36,209 nucleotides of DNA, from NCBI RefSeq assembly GCF_004010195.1, contig NW_025215149.1, positions 1 through 36,209 on the forward strand, written 5' to 3'. The notes under the pieces were generated by a model. It made no database searches. It was not told where the DNA came from and saw only the letters and a program-made list of their open reading frames with translations. Positions 33,566 to 36,209 of this stretch are shown here, piece by piece. Position 1 is the stretch's first letter, and each line of letters begins with the position of its first letter. The position numbers were made by a program, and so were the translations under genes. The DNA is from Chiloscyllium plagiosum. Its lineage: Eukaryota.

Positions 33566-34290
33566 ACCATGGCCAGACTTGGGTCATATTTGAAAAGTAT
33601 GGATTTATTAAATTCTGGTTAACATTACCAAATTATACAGGGACATTTCTCATTGAAAAAAGTACAAGTTATTAGCCTCAACTATAGGATGTTGAGTGCA
33701 TTCGCTGTGTCATTGAGATAAACTATGAACATCTTCAATTGCTTGGCTATGATTTCCAGTTTAAATGGCTATTACCAGTAGTCTATATTAGGGAAAGAAA
33801 TCCTGCAACACACTCTGTACTATGAAGGATCTCAAATAGATATCAATATTGAACACCAGAGATGAGGAAGGAGCACAATTCTGGGCCCAAAACACCGGCC
33901 ACTATTTCAAATCTCGAACATGTGGCTTCCCTCTTCCTAAAATCATTCATTGATACAAGGCAACTGTTTCCTTTCCAGCTTTTGCTTACCGACTCTTCCC
34001 TCTGCCTGCGTAAGGCAAACCAAGCTCTGGGTCTTTGGGAAACTCAAGGCTGGTGTTTGTAGGCCTTCTGGAGAGGGGATTGTCGTTTTAATCCGAAGGG
34101 GGAGTGTGAGGGGGCCGTAATATCATTCACTGGGCTGGGGTGTGGCAGATGGAGTTTAACATGGATACATGTGAGGCATTTTTTTGTTTATCTATTAATT
34201 GTTTTTTAGAAAAAGACTATAGCAGAGAGGTATCAGAAAGTATTTTAACTCAAACCTGTATAAAGTAATAAAGTAATTAACTAAGCAGAG

Positions 34291-35249
34291 ATGGCTGGTC
34301 AGGTGGTGTGCTGTAGCTGTATGATGTGGGAGCTGGCTGATCCCATTATGAACGGCAGTGACCACATCTGCAGCAAGTGTTGGTGGCTGGAAGAACTCTG
34401 GATCAGAGTTGATGATCTGGAATCTGAGCTTCAAACACTGCAGCACATCCGGGAGGGGGAGAGTTACCTGGACACTTTGTTTCAGGAGGCAGTCACACCT
34501 GGGAGATTAAGTAATTCACATTCAGTTAGTGATCAGGGACATCAGAATGTGACTGTAAGTAAGGCAGGCAGGGGAACCTGAGTTCAGGAGTGCAGGAGCC
34601 TCAGCCCTTGACCTTGTCCAACAGGTATGAGATGCTTGCTCCCTGTACAGATGAGGAAAACAACTCTGGACAGGATGAGCCAGCTGACCACAGCACCATG
34701 GTGCAGAAGGCCATTCAAGAGGGTGGAGCAAAAAGAAAAGTAGTTGTTATAGGGGATTCTATAATTAGGGGGACAGATAGTATCCTTTGCAAGCCGGATC
34801 AGGAATCTCGCATGGTGTGTTGCCTACCCGGTGCCAGGGTTCGGGACATCTCTGACCGGCTTGAAAGGATATTGGAGCGGGAGGGGGAGGATCCAGTTGT
34901 TGTGGTCCAAGTTGGGACTAACAACATAGGCAAAGCTAGGGTGGAGGACCTGTTTGGGGATTATCGAGCACGAGGAAGGAAATTGAAGTACAGGTCCTCA
35001 AGGGTCATTCTCTCCGGATTACTGCCCGAGCCACGTGCCAATTGGCATAGGGATAAGAAAATTAGGGAAGTAAACACGTGCTTAAGGGATTGGTATGGGA
35101 AAGAGGGATTCCACTTCATGGGGCATTGGCATCAGTTTTGGAACCGGGGAGATCTGTACCATTGGAACGGTCTCCACCTGAACTGATCAGGTACCAATGT
35201 TCTAGTGAAGAGGATAAATAGGGTGGTCAGTAGGACTTTAAACTTCTGA
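34291..35249 (+). pseudogene. CR1 ORF1 (zinc-finger/leucine-zipper plus SGNH esterase), disrupted
   Basis: CCSCMMW..HICSKCWWLEELWIRVDDLESELQTL; esterase blocks VIGDSIIRG, CLPGARVRD, VGTNN, W..GLHLN. One frameshift near 34580, premature TGA at 35184-35186, natural-looking stop at 35247-35249. Confidence 0.92.
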
Positions 35250-35429
35250 GTTGGGGGGAAGGGAAAGTGAAAGCGACAGGGAGTATGGAGTTAAATGGAA
35301 AGATAAGCGGCAGGATAGCATATGTGCAGGCAGATTTAAACTTGAGACAGACTGGGAATGCAGCAAAAAGGAAGGATAACTTAGGACATCTTATGACTTC
35401 CAATATCTCTAATGATAAGAACGTTAGCA

Positions 35430-36209
35430 TTAAGGCACTTTACCTGAATGCTGGTAGCATTCGTAACAAAGCAGACGAACTAATGGCAGAGATCATCGTG
35501 AATGATTATGATGTGGTAGGCATCACAGAGACATGGTTACAGGGTAGTCAGAACTGGCAGTTAAACATCCAAGGGTTTTCAACTTATTGAAAAGACAGGG
35601 TGGTAGGCAGAGGGGGTGGGGTTGCCTTGTTAGTTAAGAACAAAATTAAATCTATGGCCCTGAATGACATAGCGTCGGATGATGTGGAGTCTGTGTGGGT
35701 GGAATTGAGGAACCACAAAGGCAAAAAAACCATAGTGGGAGTTATGTACAGACCTCCTAACAGTGGTCAGGACAAGGGGCACAAGGGAAATAGAGAAGGC
35801 ATGTCAGAAAGGCAAGGTCACAGTGATCATGGGAGACTTCAATATGCAGGTGGACTGGGTAAATAATGTTGCTAGTGGATCCAAAGAATGGGAATTCATG
35901 GAATGCTTACAGGATGGCTTTTTGGAACAGCTTGTCATGGAGCCCACAAGGGAGCAGGCTATTCTGGACCTAGTGCTATGTAATGAACCAGACTTTATAA
36001 AAAATCTTAAAGTAAGGGAACACTTAGGAAGCAGTGATCATAACACGGTAGAGTTCAGTCTGCAGTTTGAAAGAGAGAAGGCAAAATCGGATGTAATGGT
36101 GTTACAGTTAAATAAAGGTAATTATGAGGGCATGAGAGAGGAACTGACGAAAATAGACTGGAAGCAGAGCCTAGCGGGGAAGACAGTAGAACAAAAATGG
36201 CAGGAGTTT
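35430..36209 (+). mobile_element. CR1 ORF2 N-terminal APE endonuclease, disrupted; element continues beyond the window
   Basis: LYLNAGSIRNK, VGITETWL, RGGGVALLVK, YRPPNS, IMGDFN, ILDLVLCN and SDHN motifs; stop at 35588-35590 and a frameshift/deletion near 35780. Confidence 0.95.

Overview
Eukaryotic, repeat-dominated vertebrate DNA. The repeat repertoire (HE1-type V-SINEs, HER1/CR1-clade LINEs sharing their 3' tail, Penelope-like fragments) points to a cartilaginous fish, most likely a shark (inference). Most of the window is decayed CR1 LINEs on both strands, with SINEs, Penelope pieces, a solo LTR nested in a CR1 and a PIF/Harbinger Myb relic. The only host-gene signal is the first coding exon (18543-18801, + strand) of a GPR139/GPR142-like class A GPCR. 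Its N-terminus is built from a 42-bp tandem repeat with four in-frame strong-Kozak ATGs, and it ends at a phase-1 GT donor. I found no exon 2 in the remaining ~17.4 kb. An old colinear duplication (about 10020-11700 vs 19540-19930 plus 31700-32510) suggests a tandemly duplicated receptor locus. Other points of interest are a tandem array of SINE Pol III heads with G-tracts, a minisatellite born inside a CR1 RT gene, and decayed Penelope hammerhead ribozyme cores. Family assignments come from motif recognition, not database searches, and TE boundaries are approximate.
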